Source: Lama guanicoe (Eukaryota). From it: a DNA stretch of 64,000 nucleotides. A program made the position numbers and the translations under genes. The stretch covers positions 11,235,175-11,299,174 of the forward strand of contig MU056000.1 of assembly GCA_013239625.1 (NCBI GenBank), written 5' to 3'. This document shows, piece by piece, positions 1 to 13,189 of the stretch. Position 1 is the stretch's first letter; each line of letters begins with the position of its first letter. The notes beneath the pieces were generated by a model. That model was not told where the DNA came from, ran no database searches, and was given only the letters and a program-made list of their open reading frames with translations.

Positions 1-3000
1 TTGAGATGAAACTGACTGCTCTGTGCCTCCAGATGACTCATCTTTAGGTTCAGTGACCAAGGAAATGAGTAGCTGTGATCACTGGCCATGGGTTCCAGTT
101 ATGTTAGGCGTGGTCCATTTGAGAGCTCAATGCTGAATTGGAAACAAAAAAGATGTTTAGATGGCTTGGTTCATTCAACAATATGAATATCCAGCTTTGA
201 TTTCTAGGGTCATTTTGAAGGCCTGGTCTGCTCTATTAATGAGGATGTGTACAGAGAGAAATATAGAACCTTTTTAAAGCATTTTGAGTGCTTTGAGTCA
301 GCAAGGCATCTTATTAAAGAAGTCTCTTTTGCTGTAAGTGTTTATAGAAAGTTTGAAACTAGCCCTGTTGGTAGGCGCTACTAATGTTAATAATATTAGC
401 TTCTATACCAATGATCTTAAACTTAGGGGAAAAAAAAACCTGAATTCATGCCATGACTAAACTCTGGGTTGTGTCGATAACAGGGACCCCTATTTTTCTT
501 ACCTTTTAGGGAAAGAGAAAGCCATGGTTATCTTTACATATATATTGCTTAGCTATATAAAAATACAACAAAGAGGGATATTTCAAGACATCTTAATGTC
601 TCTAAATGGATTTCTTCCAGGAACATTAGCAAGTAATGCCTTTAAACTACTTGAAAGAGGTATTATTTTAAAGAGCTTTAACTCTTTGAAATATCCTTAA
701 AGTTTGTTTTATGTGGTTGAAACACTTTTGGCCAGTATTACGTTTCTTTTTCCTCCTGTTTAAAGTTCGATGTATTAACAATGTTTTCATTTAGTTTCTA
801 AAAATGATTCTGTTTTCATCGAGAGATTTTATGCTGGAAATAACGTTCTAGGAGGTCTTTTAAAATCTGAAATTGTAAATTCAAAACTGATTTTGTAATT
901 TATTTTCCTAAATTTAATTCCTGCCAGTTACCTACCTGTCCTTTTTTTTTTTTTTCCTATTTTGGAAAATGTATTTGATTGCTATTTTTAGCCTCTTTTG
1001 AATGTTCTACCAGATTTTCCAGATGATCCAAATATGACTTGAGAGAAATACTGAAAGGATATTGAATGGAGTTTCCTTGAGCTTTTAAAATTCATTGAAC
1101 TTAGAGAAAAATGCTAAATAATCTGACTGAATAATACTCATTCTCATTGATGACTTTTAATACTTTAGAAGTACAGTCATCTATTAATCATTTAGTTAGC
1201 AGAATAAACTTTTGGAATGAGTCTTAGTGACTATACTGATGGTAAACATTGATCATAAAACATAGAAACAAATTTCTAATCATACATTATTCTTCAACAT
1301 GAATTTTGTCCTTTGGAGTAGTCACCTGGTAAGAATTGCACTGATTCCATCATGTTACCTCTGCTTAAACAATTTTGGGTCTCGTTGGAATTGTCTTTAG
1401 ACTCTACACCACAGAATAAAATTAATGGTACTCTTAGGTATATTTCATTTTTGACCCCTAATTGTATCCCCAAGCCTGATCATTTTATTTGTACATCTTG
1501 GCTCCTCGTTATTTTTGTAGTATTCAGTAAACACATCTTTAAAGAACAGAGGTTTATGTTTTAAATGTTTTAAACTTTGAAATTCCAAAAGGAAGAAGTC
1601 CAAAAAAATATGTGACTCAATGGCCGCATACCGGGAAAAGCATGTAATTCCTTGAGTGAATTACCTTGCAAGTGAGAACATGCATTTGGATATAAGTCTG
1701 GCGTGCTGGGGAGATCGGTCTCACTGCACTGTGATGTTACAGAGGGGAAATCTAAGTATAAGCTTTAATGAGTCCTGGTTAGTCAAAAAGAGTTCCACTG
1801 CTTGTTAACTGTGTGATACCAGGCATCTTTCTGAGTTAGCATTTCCTCAGCTTGAAGTGGAGTTGTGAGAAGCAGCCTTGCAGATCAGGGTAGGCACTGG
1901 TGGTACTTCAATGCCTAGGGTCACTCCAGGGTCAACAGTGATGCCGTAAATGAGGTTGGGGCTATCAAAATATCTGCACGTAGCTCATAGAATGCTTTAC
2001 TTAGCTTCTTGTTGGTTTAGCTCTTTTAGTGGATATCAACTCTTACATTATGGAAGCAAATAAATATAGGATGAGGTTTCTTGCAAAGTTTTAAGAAGGA
2101 CCAGATCCAACTATTGACTACTTAAAAGTTTGTTGCAAGGAAATCAAAGTTATTAAGGGAAAATATTGAAACAATAATCCACTTGTGGAAAGATCTCTGG
2201 AGACAGTTGAATTGTACATAGAAAGTCTGAGGTTTCTGTCTGGAAAGGAAGTTCACACTATGAACTATCCCATCACTTGAGGAAGGAACTCCAATCAGCG
2301 AAACTCACGTGGTTTGGAATTTCACAGTTCACCGTAAGAGTTTTTGGGTTTTACCCGAAGAAGACAAGCAGGGCAAGATTATTAGATTTCAGAGCTCTAA
2401 CAGGACTTCTCCTCCCCTCTCCTTTCGTTAACGTTTAACCTAATCTCTCTTGACCACAAAAATGCGCTTGATAATTACTTCAGGTAATTTGGGTGTTTTG
2501 CCATGTGTGGGAGATTTTAGTGTTGCCTCATATTATCAGAAAGAGTTAAGTTTTCCTAGTTAACAGGAAGGTTTTTATTTCCTCTGAGAGTATCACAACA
2601 TTTCTTTCAGATAGATCATTAGGATTCCAGGACTGACTTCTAGAAGGGCCCCTTGACTTCACAGTACTGCATCCATGTCAGTTTCCAGTCTTTGCCACGT
2701 GAATGAACCTGATGTCAAAAGACTTTCCCGCAAGACCTCCTTGAACTGCAACAGACTGGGTCAGATGGATTATCTGCATTTATTTTGGAACACGCAATAA
2801 ATCAGCAATCAAATGAATAATGCATCAGTTGCACTGCCAGGAATGGGATGTTAACGCCCTGAAAAAAATAATTGAGTCAAAATATACTTTATATTCAAAA
2901 TATTAAGTGTTAATATTACTTACATATTAATTGGAGTATTTTTGTCATAGCTGAACTTTAAGAAGCAGAATTTTTGTGATATATATTTGTACCCCCTGAT

Positions 3001-4608
3001 TATTAAAAACCGCTATATTTGCGAGTTTTTCTCCTGAATTAAGCAGTATCTGAAATTAATATAGGGAAGAATACAACTCATTATCTGGGAAATGTTAACA
3101 AATAAAACAATCTCATATTATCTCAATTTTTTTGGATATTTGGGATCAAAGTGTTGGCCTGTAAAGGCCTGAGAAGTCTATTTAATTGCTTCCATTGACT
3201 ATTCCAATTAAGTTATGTAAGTGATCCAAAAAACTTCTTTACTCGCTGAGCTGAAATAGAAGGTCTTGTTTTGTATGGTTATCTGTTTGGAGGAAGTCAG
3301 CAGCAGGAAACCATCTGTGTTGCTTAAGCCTGTTGTACCTCTGCCCCTGCTTCTCTCAGTGGGCTTACATTTCCACTATTGCTCATAGATTTGCTGGATT
3401 AAATGCCTACTAACATGCAGCCCATAAAATTCCCAGTCTGGGGTTCCTGAGCTGTCTACCGTCTTACTAAGGGCACTGTTGGAAGGCTTCTGCATGTGTT
3501 TTGATTGGTTTCAGTAGGACCATTCATTTTATCATGTGAATGTTCACTCCCTGCCTTGGATTAGATTTTTTTTTTTTGGCATCGAACAGAAGCAATGTAT
3601 GGTTGTTTCATACCTTTATTATTTTCATGGCTGTCAGGTGATAGAACGTGGCCACTAGAATGGAGTGGCATCTAGGATGGTGGCAGCATCACAAGGCTAA
3701 GAACACCGGGGAACACTAACCAAGACAGGGTCCTCATAAAAATTTCTACTGCTTCCAGCTGGCTGTTTGTACTTTCCATGAATCATATCCTCCATATGAT
3801 TGACTATCTTCATATTCTCTCTTTCCAGACTTCCTAGATCTGCCCTTCCCATCTGGAATTAAATGGCCCCATGTAGCACTCATTATTAAGTCTCAATATA
3901 TCTCATGTTCTCTGATGTATGTTGGAGCCAGTGATTCTTCTTAAAACCCTTCACTGACTTATTACATGCAATGACCTTTCTCCAACTGTGCTCCGTGTAG
4001 CAGTTAAATAACTACTGTTATTTATGTAATGTAACTATTACTCAAAAATTGTTCTTTGTCTCAAAACTGGGCAAAATATAAGTTGAGAATGGTTCTCTGT
4101 GCTGGATATAGGAAACTATAAATATAATAGTAAGAGTTGTGAATTCTCCGGGGTGGTGATGAGTTGCTTTTGTTTCTTTGTTTTTTTTTGTTTTTTTTTT
4201 TCACATAGAACACCTTCTCAGACTAGTGCTCCATGACACACACTTTGGGAAACAATGGGCTCTAAGATAGTCATTACCTTGCATGTCACACAGCTTTTGA
4301 AATTCATTTTCTGCTATTTTTGTCCTTTGTACATTACATATTAGCCTTACCAGCCTACTTAACTTCCCCTAAAAGACGACCCTGCTGATTGACCACATGA
4401 TGTTTCCATCTTCCTAGATTATCCTTCTTCTCAGTTTATCCTTTCCTCCCAAGCCCTAAGCAAACTTCTACTCATCCTTTAAGATACAACTCAGGGAATC
4501 CCTGCTTCAGACAAGTCTTCTCTGGCAATCCCAAAACAGCACTCAGGAATCTATTTTCAGCTCTTCTTTGATGAATAGAATATTCACTTACTGAACGTAA
4601 TTCACTTT

Positions 4609-4760
4609 TTTTTTCTTTCTTTCTTTTTTAATTTTTTTTATTGGGTTAGTCATTTTACAATGCTGTGTCTATTTCTGGTGTACAGCACAGTTTTTCAGTT
4701 GTATGTGAATCTAGATAGATTCGTTTTCATATTCTTTTTCACCATGAGCTACTACAAGAT
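4609..4760 (-). mobile_element. 5'-truncated camelid-type LINE-1 3' end with T-rich tail and ~18-bp TSD
   Basis: T-rich tail, then 'cattttacaatgctgtgtctatttctggtgtacagcac...', closely resembling the 3' UTR of the young L1 at 43331. Flanked by ctgaacgtaattcacttt (4591-4608) and ctgaacataactcacttt (4761-4778), 16/18 identical. Confidence 0.85.
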
Positions 4761-6209
4761 CTGAACATAACTCACTTTAGAGTGCCGCTTTCAGGTGCTG
4801 ACGATCCTTGGCTTCCTTGATTCTCTTCCCTATCACAGTTTTAAATAATTAACCCTTCTTCATATTTGCATCCCTAGTGCCTACCAGAGCAGGAAATCAG
4901 TGTGTAATGGCTACATGCACAGCCTTTGAATGTCTATAATGTGTTGTGCTGTGATTGTGTCGAGGTTACACTTTTAACTATGCTAATGTTTCCCCCCTGT
5001 ATTGTGTAGGCGGAGAGCACTAATTTGGGAGATCTGAGATCTCTCATTTCTCTAATTAATCTTCAACATGGCATCTAACTTGAGTCCCAGGTTGCCCATC
5101 CTTAAAATAAGACTGAAACAATCTTGGAGGTACTTTCCAGCTCTGAATTTCTGTGATACTAAATCATCTTTACAAACGTTCTTTAAGTAATGAGTTGGTT
5201 TGCAAGTGAGCTAGGGAAGACTTTGAGACTTTTTTCTTTTTCACTTTTCTATTCTCATATCTGATTGAACTAAAATCCTTTCTTGACCCTCCTTTTTGAT
5301 CCTTAAAATGCAGTAAGATAATTGATGCCAAGCTTTTCAGTAGACTTTGTAATTTGAGAAGCAGAAAAATATGGTTATGTGTTTAGAAAACAACAGCAAA
5401 GGTTTTTGGTTTTCTGTTTTTTAAAAATCTTACTCAAGCTTTTCAGAACAATTTTTCTGATTCTTAGTGTCAATCTCAGACAGTTTTACTGAGAATATTT
5501 CCTATGAAGTTGAAAACACTGTAACTCAGTGAAATGTTTCATCATCTGTGATTTTCCCTGAAAGAGCTCATCTGTGTGTTGCGAAGGCTTCTTGCTTAAG
5601 GCTCCAATTACAGAAGTAGAACCATAGGTCACCGTGCTATAGGGCACTGCTCTCCAGGAGGGGTTGGCCAAGGAAAACACTTGTTTCAGCATTTGAAACA
5701 GAAGATGAAACAAATGCTTTTCAGCTAGGAGAAAGCTCATGAACTGGCCTCCAAGCAAATGTTCCACATGATAAATCCTGACGGCAGTGGAAGCAGCTTG
5801 TCATTAAGTGCACTACCTGGGCGATCCCTGGTCTAGCACTCCACACCTGCCATTTTATATTCTTCTGTTGCAAAGCCACAAATTAAATGTGGTCCTTAAC
5901 TTTAAAAGCAGCACTTTTTAATGCCCATGTTAAATTCTTGTGGTAAAAATGAAAATATAAAATACCTCTTTCATGTTGGCTAAATTGTCATCATTTTCCT
6001 TATCATCATCAATATTAGTAAGTAAGATTTATAGCTCATCAGTACCATGGGATTGTTTTTGAAGTAGATTAATGGTTATAAAGTATAATTACTGTCCTCA
6101 AGAAATTTCTAGATGGGTGAGATTTAGAATGGGTCAATAGCTAGTTTTAAAGGTATGAGCTTTAATTCTTATCTGTTTCTCAATGAGTTCTTTTTTAAGT
6201 TTAGGAAGA

Positions 6210-6626
6210 AATTTCTTTATTATGGTAAGAAGACTTAACATGGGATCTATCCTCTTAACAAAATTTTAAGTGTACAATATGGTACTGTTAACTGTAAGCT
6301 CTATGTTGTACAGCAGATCTTCAGAATTTATTGATCTTATGTAACTGAAACTCTATTATACCTTTTGACTAACAATTCCCCAACTTCCCCCCACCTCCTG
6401 ATAATCACCATTCTACTCTCTGCTTCTGTGTGTTTGACTCGTATGATATCTCATGTAAGTGTAATCATACAGTATTTGTATTTCTGTGACTGGCTCATTT
6501 CATTTAGCATCATGTCCTTAAGATTCATGCATGTTAACACATACGACGGGACTTCTTTCTTTTTTTAAGACTAAATAATACTCCATTGTGTGTGTATATA
6601 TATCACAGTTTTTAATCTGTTTATCC
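6210..6626 (-). mobile_element. Old LINE-1 (L1MA9/L1MB-like) 3' end, non-inverted segment
   Basis: Contains 'cttaacatgggatctatcctcttaacaaaattttaagtgtacaat', 'ctggctcatttcatttagcatcatgtcc' and 'aataatactccattgtgtgt', typical antisense L1 3' UTR/ORF2-end motifs. Confidence 0.8.
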
Positions 6627-6947
6627 AGGGAATGCAAATTAAAACCACAAATGAGATAACCCTTCACACCTGTTAGGATGGCTCTTATTTAAAAAAGAGA
6701 AATATTGGTGAGGATGTGGAGAAATTGGAATCTTCATTCACTGTTAGTGAGAATGTAAAATGGTGCAGCTGCTGTGAAAAATGGTATGGAAATTCCTGAA
6801 AAAATTAAAAATAGAAATACCATATGAAATACCAGCGATCCCACTTTGGATATTTATCCAAAAGAATTGAAATCTGAATCTTGAAGAGATATTTGCATTC
6901 CTTTGTTCATTGCAGCATTATTCACAATGGCCAAGGTGCAGAAACAA
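6627..6947 (+). mobile_element. LINE-1 ORF2 C-terminal segment, inverted relative to the adjacent 3' end
   Basis: 'gggaatgcaaattaaaaccaca...tgttcattgcagcattattcacaatggccaag'. ORF 6903 begins [11 protein letters not shown], an L1 ORF2 C-terminal motif also seen in the 43655 ORF. Confidence 0.85.
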
Positions 6948-7905
6948 GCTAGTTTGGGAGACTTTATTAAAAGTCATCGATCAAAGTCAGGAACAAAATT
7001 TTTTAGTATAACAGCATATTTCAGCATAAATGTCTCAGACCACCATGTGGATTTAGTTTCTGAGCTACCACTCTGGCCAACGATTTTTTTTAATAGGGAA
7101 GAAAGAAGAGGACAGTAGCAAATCCTGAATTTTTACTCCTCGTCTGGTCTATTGACCTAAACCCCTTCTCTCTTTGGCTTCATGTCCTCAGAAAGGTGAT
7201 AGTGTGGAGGGCACCATTGATCTGGAACATTAAGTGTGACAACCTTTCTGCAATGTTTTGGTCAAAAATGGGTGACTTTGTTCTCCCTTGGTCTTCTGCT
7301 CCTACGTGGGCAATGAAGCTGTCCTCCTGCCTCCATTGACAGTCTCGCCAAGCTGGCTGAGGGAGACTGAAGGGATACACATCACTTTATAGCCTTCTCG
7401 CTGCCAAGTTCTAGTCAGTTTCAGCAACATCATGTGAAAAGCTCCAAAGCAAATACAAGGTGAGGAAATCAAAATTAAATTAATCTTCTCCAAGGATAAA
7501 TAAAGCATGGATGCATTGCTCTTGAGCTGACAGGATGGAAATCAGAAAGACTTTGCTTGGATTTCAGTGATACTGGTGTTCAGATTCCTGATTCTTCAGC
7601 CCAGAAAAGAGGCAAGATATAGACCAACAAAAATCTAGTTTCCTTATGAGAATATACCTCAATAGTTGATATTGATAGACAACTTCAAGATGATGTATGT
7701 GAGTTATTCATCTTGTGAAACCAGCCACTGTTTGGAGAGGAGAGGAATTGAACTCTTTCTATGAGTGTATTAATATCAAAGAACAAAAGGACATTTGGAT
7801 ATCACATGACATCAAGCAGATGCAAATGGCTTTGAACTTGTAAGTCCTCATCTTTTTTTAACCTGAGATTTAAAATTTTTGTTCTTCTACCTTAACTATT
7901 TTTGC

Positions 7906-8010
7906 CTTTTTTAAATCAAATGATTGATTTACAATATTATATTAGTTTCAGGTGTACAACGTAGTGATTCAGTATTTTTATAGCTTATACTCCATTTAAA
8001 GTTATCCTAA
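7906..8010 (-). mobile_element. Short LINE-1 3' end fragment
   Basis: 'tgatttacaatattatattagtttcaggtgtacaacgtagtgattcagtatttt' is an antisense L1 3' terminus. Direct repeats at 7842-7856 and 8011-8025. Confidence 0.75.
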
Positions 8011-8169
8011 AAGTCCTCATTTTTTATGAATTGAGAAAATTGGGGTGGGGCAGGGTCTTCTACTTTTCTTTTCTTCAGATTCTTTGTTACCATACAGTTG
8101 ATCATCCAAAATATTTTTGACCAATTCCTGGACTCTAGTTTTCTGACCAACATCTGACAGGCAGCTACA

Positions 8170-8226
8170 ATATATATATATATAGGCTACCTACTAACCA
8201 TATATATATATGGCTACCTACTAACC
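8170..8226. repeat. Short tandem duplication of (TA)n-GGCTACCTACTAACC
   Basis: Two copies of a (TA)n run followed by ggctacctactaacc, visible directly. Confidence 0.9.
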
Positions 8227-10129
8227 TGTTTACAGAAACTGAATTATTTTGGATCAAGTTAATTGAAAATGTTGGTTATTTTTTCATCAGCCTTCACTGA
8301 AAGACAAGATCAAAGAAAAACCTCAATTGATTTTACTAAATGTTGAGAAAATACCCTGTCTTAAAACTGAAGTTAACAGTGACTGGACTACTATGGATTG
8401 TAGCCCAGGGCATTGCTTCTTCACATCCTTAATTTAGATGTGATTACAATTCTTAATTATGGTTTTCCAGCTTGTTTTTTGAATGAATTACACATCATTC
8501 TGAAGACTTTGCTAGGGGATTGTCTATACATTAATTAAGACTGGAAAATATACACATCCATAAGATACTGCACTGATTTCATTTTTTTTCAGAATTTTAT
8601 CCCTCTCACACTCAAATACCTAAGCTAAAACATATTTCCTGAATATAATTGTGGAAAATTATATTTTTTTTCCTTAAAAAGAGTAATAAATACTGGAGTG
8701 CCAGTATCTCTTGGATACCTGAGCATTGAATGAAACTTTTAGTTAGTAACAGCTTGCTGGCTCCTGTTTTTGGCAAAGTCTTGAAGACTATGTACTGTTC
8801 CATAGAATAAGAGTTCATCAGCCACATCTAACAATTCAATCATGAGAAAAAAGTGAGATGATGATAACACTGAAAATGGAATAAAAATACACATTTGCAT
8901 CATTTATGGAATTGAGAGACAAAGGAAGAAAGTTTATTTTTGTGCAATAAACATATGGTCAAAACTCCTTACTGAATGTTTGGTGAAGCAGAAGGGTAGA
9001 TAACTCAATATAGATTTCTGTATAAAATTTCTAATAGGTGTTAGAAACAAGTTTTAATTGAACCTTCGTTTGTCTATGGAACAAGTGTCCACTCACAATT
9101 ACATGCAATTTTGTACAGTACTTTGGATATTCACTTCTGCAAACTACTGAGGCAAATGAGGACAAGGCTGCTGCTACATGATGTCTTTAGGTACATTTGA
9201 AAAAGGTAATTCTTCCTGAGACATTTTATTTCTAGTTGTTAGAAAATTATTCTAAGCATTAAGTTCATTAAAAAAGAAATATCACTGCCATCTTTTGGAA
9301 AATTGTTCTAATAAATAAACACTCATCACTGGAGGTGATGAAGTTATAATAAAAAACAGATGGCTGAGATGTGAATTATAACTCCTTAGATTTAGTGACT
9401 TTGTGCAATACACAACCTGAACAACTGTACCAGTTAGCTATTCCAGGGGATAAATACTATCGAAGTCAGAAATTGGCTAGTTTCATCTTCCTAACCTATG
9501 GTCAAATAGAGAGGAAAGAACCAGGCTTAAATAGATCACATGGTATTTTACTGGTTGTGTTCAGATTTCAGTAGACTTCCAATTAACATATCAAAAGTAG
9601 AGGAAAACAGCTGTAAAGATGAGATGTCAGCCAGAAATAACTGGACAGGTAATTTGTGCTGAGTAAAAATTTGCACAAGCCCATTGCCATCATGAGTGTG
9701 AGCAAGCTTTAATCTATGTCAGTGCTTTTGAGCCAAAGGTGTGGATTTCTGAAAATGTACTAGGATGCCCTATTAGTGCATCATTTTGCTGAATTCTGTT
9801 AATTGCTTATACTTTGATATTGTGCTGAATGCTTTTTATATCTTTGTGAATGGCTATAGTAATTCCATAAGGGTTATTGTTTTAGTTATTCCCATCATTG
9901 AGGTGAGGATTTTGAAGCTTAGCATAGACACACTACTCTATATGGAACCCAAAGTCCATGCCATTCCTGAGAATGTAAATGAAAAAAAAAAAAGATTAAC
10001 AGCTTTTTTATACGACAGCATGAATCATTTGGGAAAATGTAATTATTAAGACACAAACAAATGGGTATGCATAGGGTTTAAGAATAAATCTATCAACAAA
10101 CATGGGGATCAATGTGAAGAATATGACAA

Positions 10130-10680
10130 ATCTGGTAGGAACATAAATTGGCACAACCTTTTTGGAGGGTAATTTGCCAATTTGTGTCAAAAGCTTTTTA
10201 TGAAACGGCATACTCTCAAATTCATCAACTTCAGTGTGAGGAATTCATCCAAAAGATGTAATTAGAGAGCTAGCAAAGGATTCTCTACAGACTGATTCAC
10301 TTTAGCATTGCTTCTGCTAACCACAACTGAAATAATATAAATATTCATCAATAGGAGATTTTGTAAAGCAAAGTGTATTCATATGCAGCTTTAAAAACAA
10401 TCGTGCAGAAGAAACATTCTTTTGAAAATGTTCTCAGCATATTGAAAGATATTTAAAGGGCATTATTGAAAATGTGTGATTACAGGTTTATCAAATTAAA
10501 TAAGTATTTACACACTCACACACGTACAGAGAGAAAAGACTAGAATGGTTTATACAAACCTGTAAATAGTAGTTACCAATGGGTGGTGCAGTAAAGGGTT
10601 ATGTTTATTTTTTCTGCTTTCATGGACTTTCGTTTTCTATTTTCTATAATAAACTGTATTACTTTTATAATCAAAAGAAG
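10130..10680 (+). mobile_element. Ancient LINE-1 (L1ME-like) 3' fragment
   Basis: 'ggtaggaacataaattggcacaacctttttggagggtaatttgccaat' and an L1ME-like 3' tail ('gtagttacc...tattacttttataatca'). Highly diverged. Confidence 0.6.
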
Positions 10681-10980
10681 ATGGTTCAAAAATATGGATT
10701 TAATATAACCATTTATCCTGTGATTATATTTGAACCAAATATGAAGGTGGGTTAACATTGGTTTTGTTTTTGTGTTTATCTCAGTTTTACATGTTCTTTT
10801 TGCCTTTGTTAGGAAATAGAGTAAGAACATAAGGAAAAGGAATTTTTGTTTTTGAGGGTAGGACATAACTGATGCTGCCCAAGCAAGATGATTTCTCTCA
10901 AAGAATAAGAAATCTCTGCTTTGTCTCATTTAGACTAGACTTGGGTAAACAGTGTGTCAGTCACCCAGATGACTCAGGTC

Positions 10981-11480
10981 TGCATTAGTCACACGATGCT
11001 AACTGTTGTAACAAACAACACCTAAAATATTAGTGACTTCATATAATAAAAGTTTATTGCTTGATTATATCATAGACCATAATGGTCAGAGTCAGGGGGG
11101 GAGGAGGGGAACTCTATTCCAGTGTCATTTAGACATTTGGGAACTCAGGCTTTGTCCATCATGGTCCACATGTGGCCACTAAAGTTGACACAAAATAAGA
11201 GATAATACTGAGGCTCCTGGAAGGTAGTTTATTGCCAGGCATGAGGTGGCCTCAGTCACCTCTGTTTGCATTCTGTTGGCCAGAACTCAATCACATGGCC
11301 TTACTTAAACTGAGTTGCAAAGGATGCTGGGAAATCACCTCTGTTCACATTCCATTGGCAGAACTCAAATCACATGACCTTACTTAAACTGAACTGCAAA
11401 GGACCCGGGGAAATGCAGCCTCACTGTGTTTCTAGGAGGAAAACAAAGCAGGTCAGGTGAACATATAACATGTGTCACTA
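10981..11480 (-). mobile_element. MaLR LTR (MLT1K/L-like) with internal 79-bp tandem duplication
   Basis: Starts 'tgcattagtc...tgtaacaaacaac' and contains 'ttggccagaactcaatcacatggcc...gcaaaggatgctgggaaat', a motif of old MLT1 LTRs. Confidence 0.65.
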
Positions 11481-13037
11481 TCACATCCATCTAGTATACC
11501 AGGTAAAAAGGATTTTTTTTTCTTTAATTACAGAGAATGGCATTTCAATACTCTATTTTACTTTGACATATAAGTGAAATATTGCTTTTAAATGTTATTC
11601 TAAGTAACTGGCTAAAAACCTTTTTAGAGTACATTGTTCTAAAACCTTTATATTCCAACTGAGAAAAAAGTATTTATCTAGGAGATGCCCAAGAACTTGA
11701 TAATTTATTTCCTCGACAGGACTCCCAAATGGCTGTTGGTTAAGGGGAAATATTTGTGCAGACTACAAACTTAACGGATGGATAGAGTCTGTTACCCTCT
11801 GGCTTCCAAAGTGTTTATGTCTGATTGGAAACTCTTTAGCTTGTATCAAAAACTGGAAAAACACTTTCATGTCTGAGATTTTTCTATTTGTTGAAATTGG
11901 CAGTAAAATAAATTTTGAGCATATAAAATTACCTGGTTCCATTTTTTGGATCTAAAGCTTTAGGTGATATCTGGGTGCAATAAATAAACTGTAGCTCTAA
12001 TTATCCTTTTAATAATGTTTACAGAAACCAAGGGCAGGTTGTAAATAGAACAGGAGAGCAAAATATAAGGTGAAGGTATTATTGCTGATAATGACTTACA
12101 CTTTTGAAACATTGGAAGTTTCCGTTTCAAATGCAGAATTAAATCTCTGCTTCAGGAGCACAGAGATGTAGTCTTTGGAGACTGAAAATTTGTCTCTTGT
12201 TTTTCTTGAAGCTCTCAACTCAGTAAGGATGGTTTATGGTTATTTTTAATTAATCTGCTTCAAATATATCTATTCAAATGTTACCATACCAAGGCACTTT
12301 GAGGTCACGTGGCTTTATACCTGGAATTGTGTGTGAAAGTGAGGCTGGGCCCTACCAGAGTTAAACAACTTCTGGAAACCATGAAACCCACTAGGGCCAT
12401 GCCCTCAGTCACCCTAAGGCAGGACTCAGCAAGAATGCCACCTAAGACTTCCGGATACACTGCATCTGCCTTCCAGGTTCCGTGAGTGAGTCCTCTCTTT
12501 AAGGAAATATAAACTCTGTATTCTGAGACACTAAAAAGAAGGTGGAAATTTTAATGTATTTGAGAAGGAAAGAAATTTGTTTCACAGCAGAGGTCCCCCT
12601 CGACCTGCCTTTTAATGGCTGTAAAAAGGCAGCCGTAACAATGACATGTACTGTTCCCCTCATAAAAGCATAGGCGGTGAGAGGCCTGGCTTTTAAAAGA
12701 GTTAAGTAGTTTTAGACTTAGAAAAATGATACTTCTCTTCAGTAATCCAGGTTAGAACAAAAATTGTTCAGCACATTATTTTACCAAAATCCTCACCTTT
12801 CATGATTGTATTTTGTAGGAAGTTGTAGGAAGTTGAAGTCCATCACTTCAACATGTTTGGGTCTCTTAAACTACAGTCTCCTTGTATGGAAAATGAAGAC
12901 CCTGTGGTGCCTCTGAAGAGCTATATACAGAGTAAAATTTAAGAGCACAAAGCCCTTTTAAAATTTGACATGATGAAATAGTTTAGTAATTGCCTCACCA
13001 TGATTGAGATAATTTAGACAATTTTCAATCCAGTGAA

Positions 13038-13120
13038 ATTTTTCAAAATTGAGATGCAAGTGACATATAACATTATATTAGTTTCAGGTGTACAACATAA
13101 TGGTTCAATATATGTATATG
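13038..13120 (-). mobile_element. Short LINE-1 3' end fragment
   Basis: 'aattgagatgcaagtgacatataacattatattagtttcaggtgtacaacataatg', same 3'-end type as 7906-8010. Confidence 0.7.
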
Positions 13121-13189
13121 ATGTTATTCACATTTTTATCATAATATGCTGCCATTAGTCCATGCTCTCCACTCCTCACTCATCCCTTC

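Noticed and set aside
5329..5446. 12-bp direct repeat caagcttttcag as the TSD of an orphan insertion
   Set aside because: The enclosed ~94 bp has no adjacent poly(A) tail or element hallmarks.
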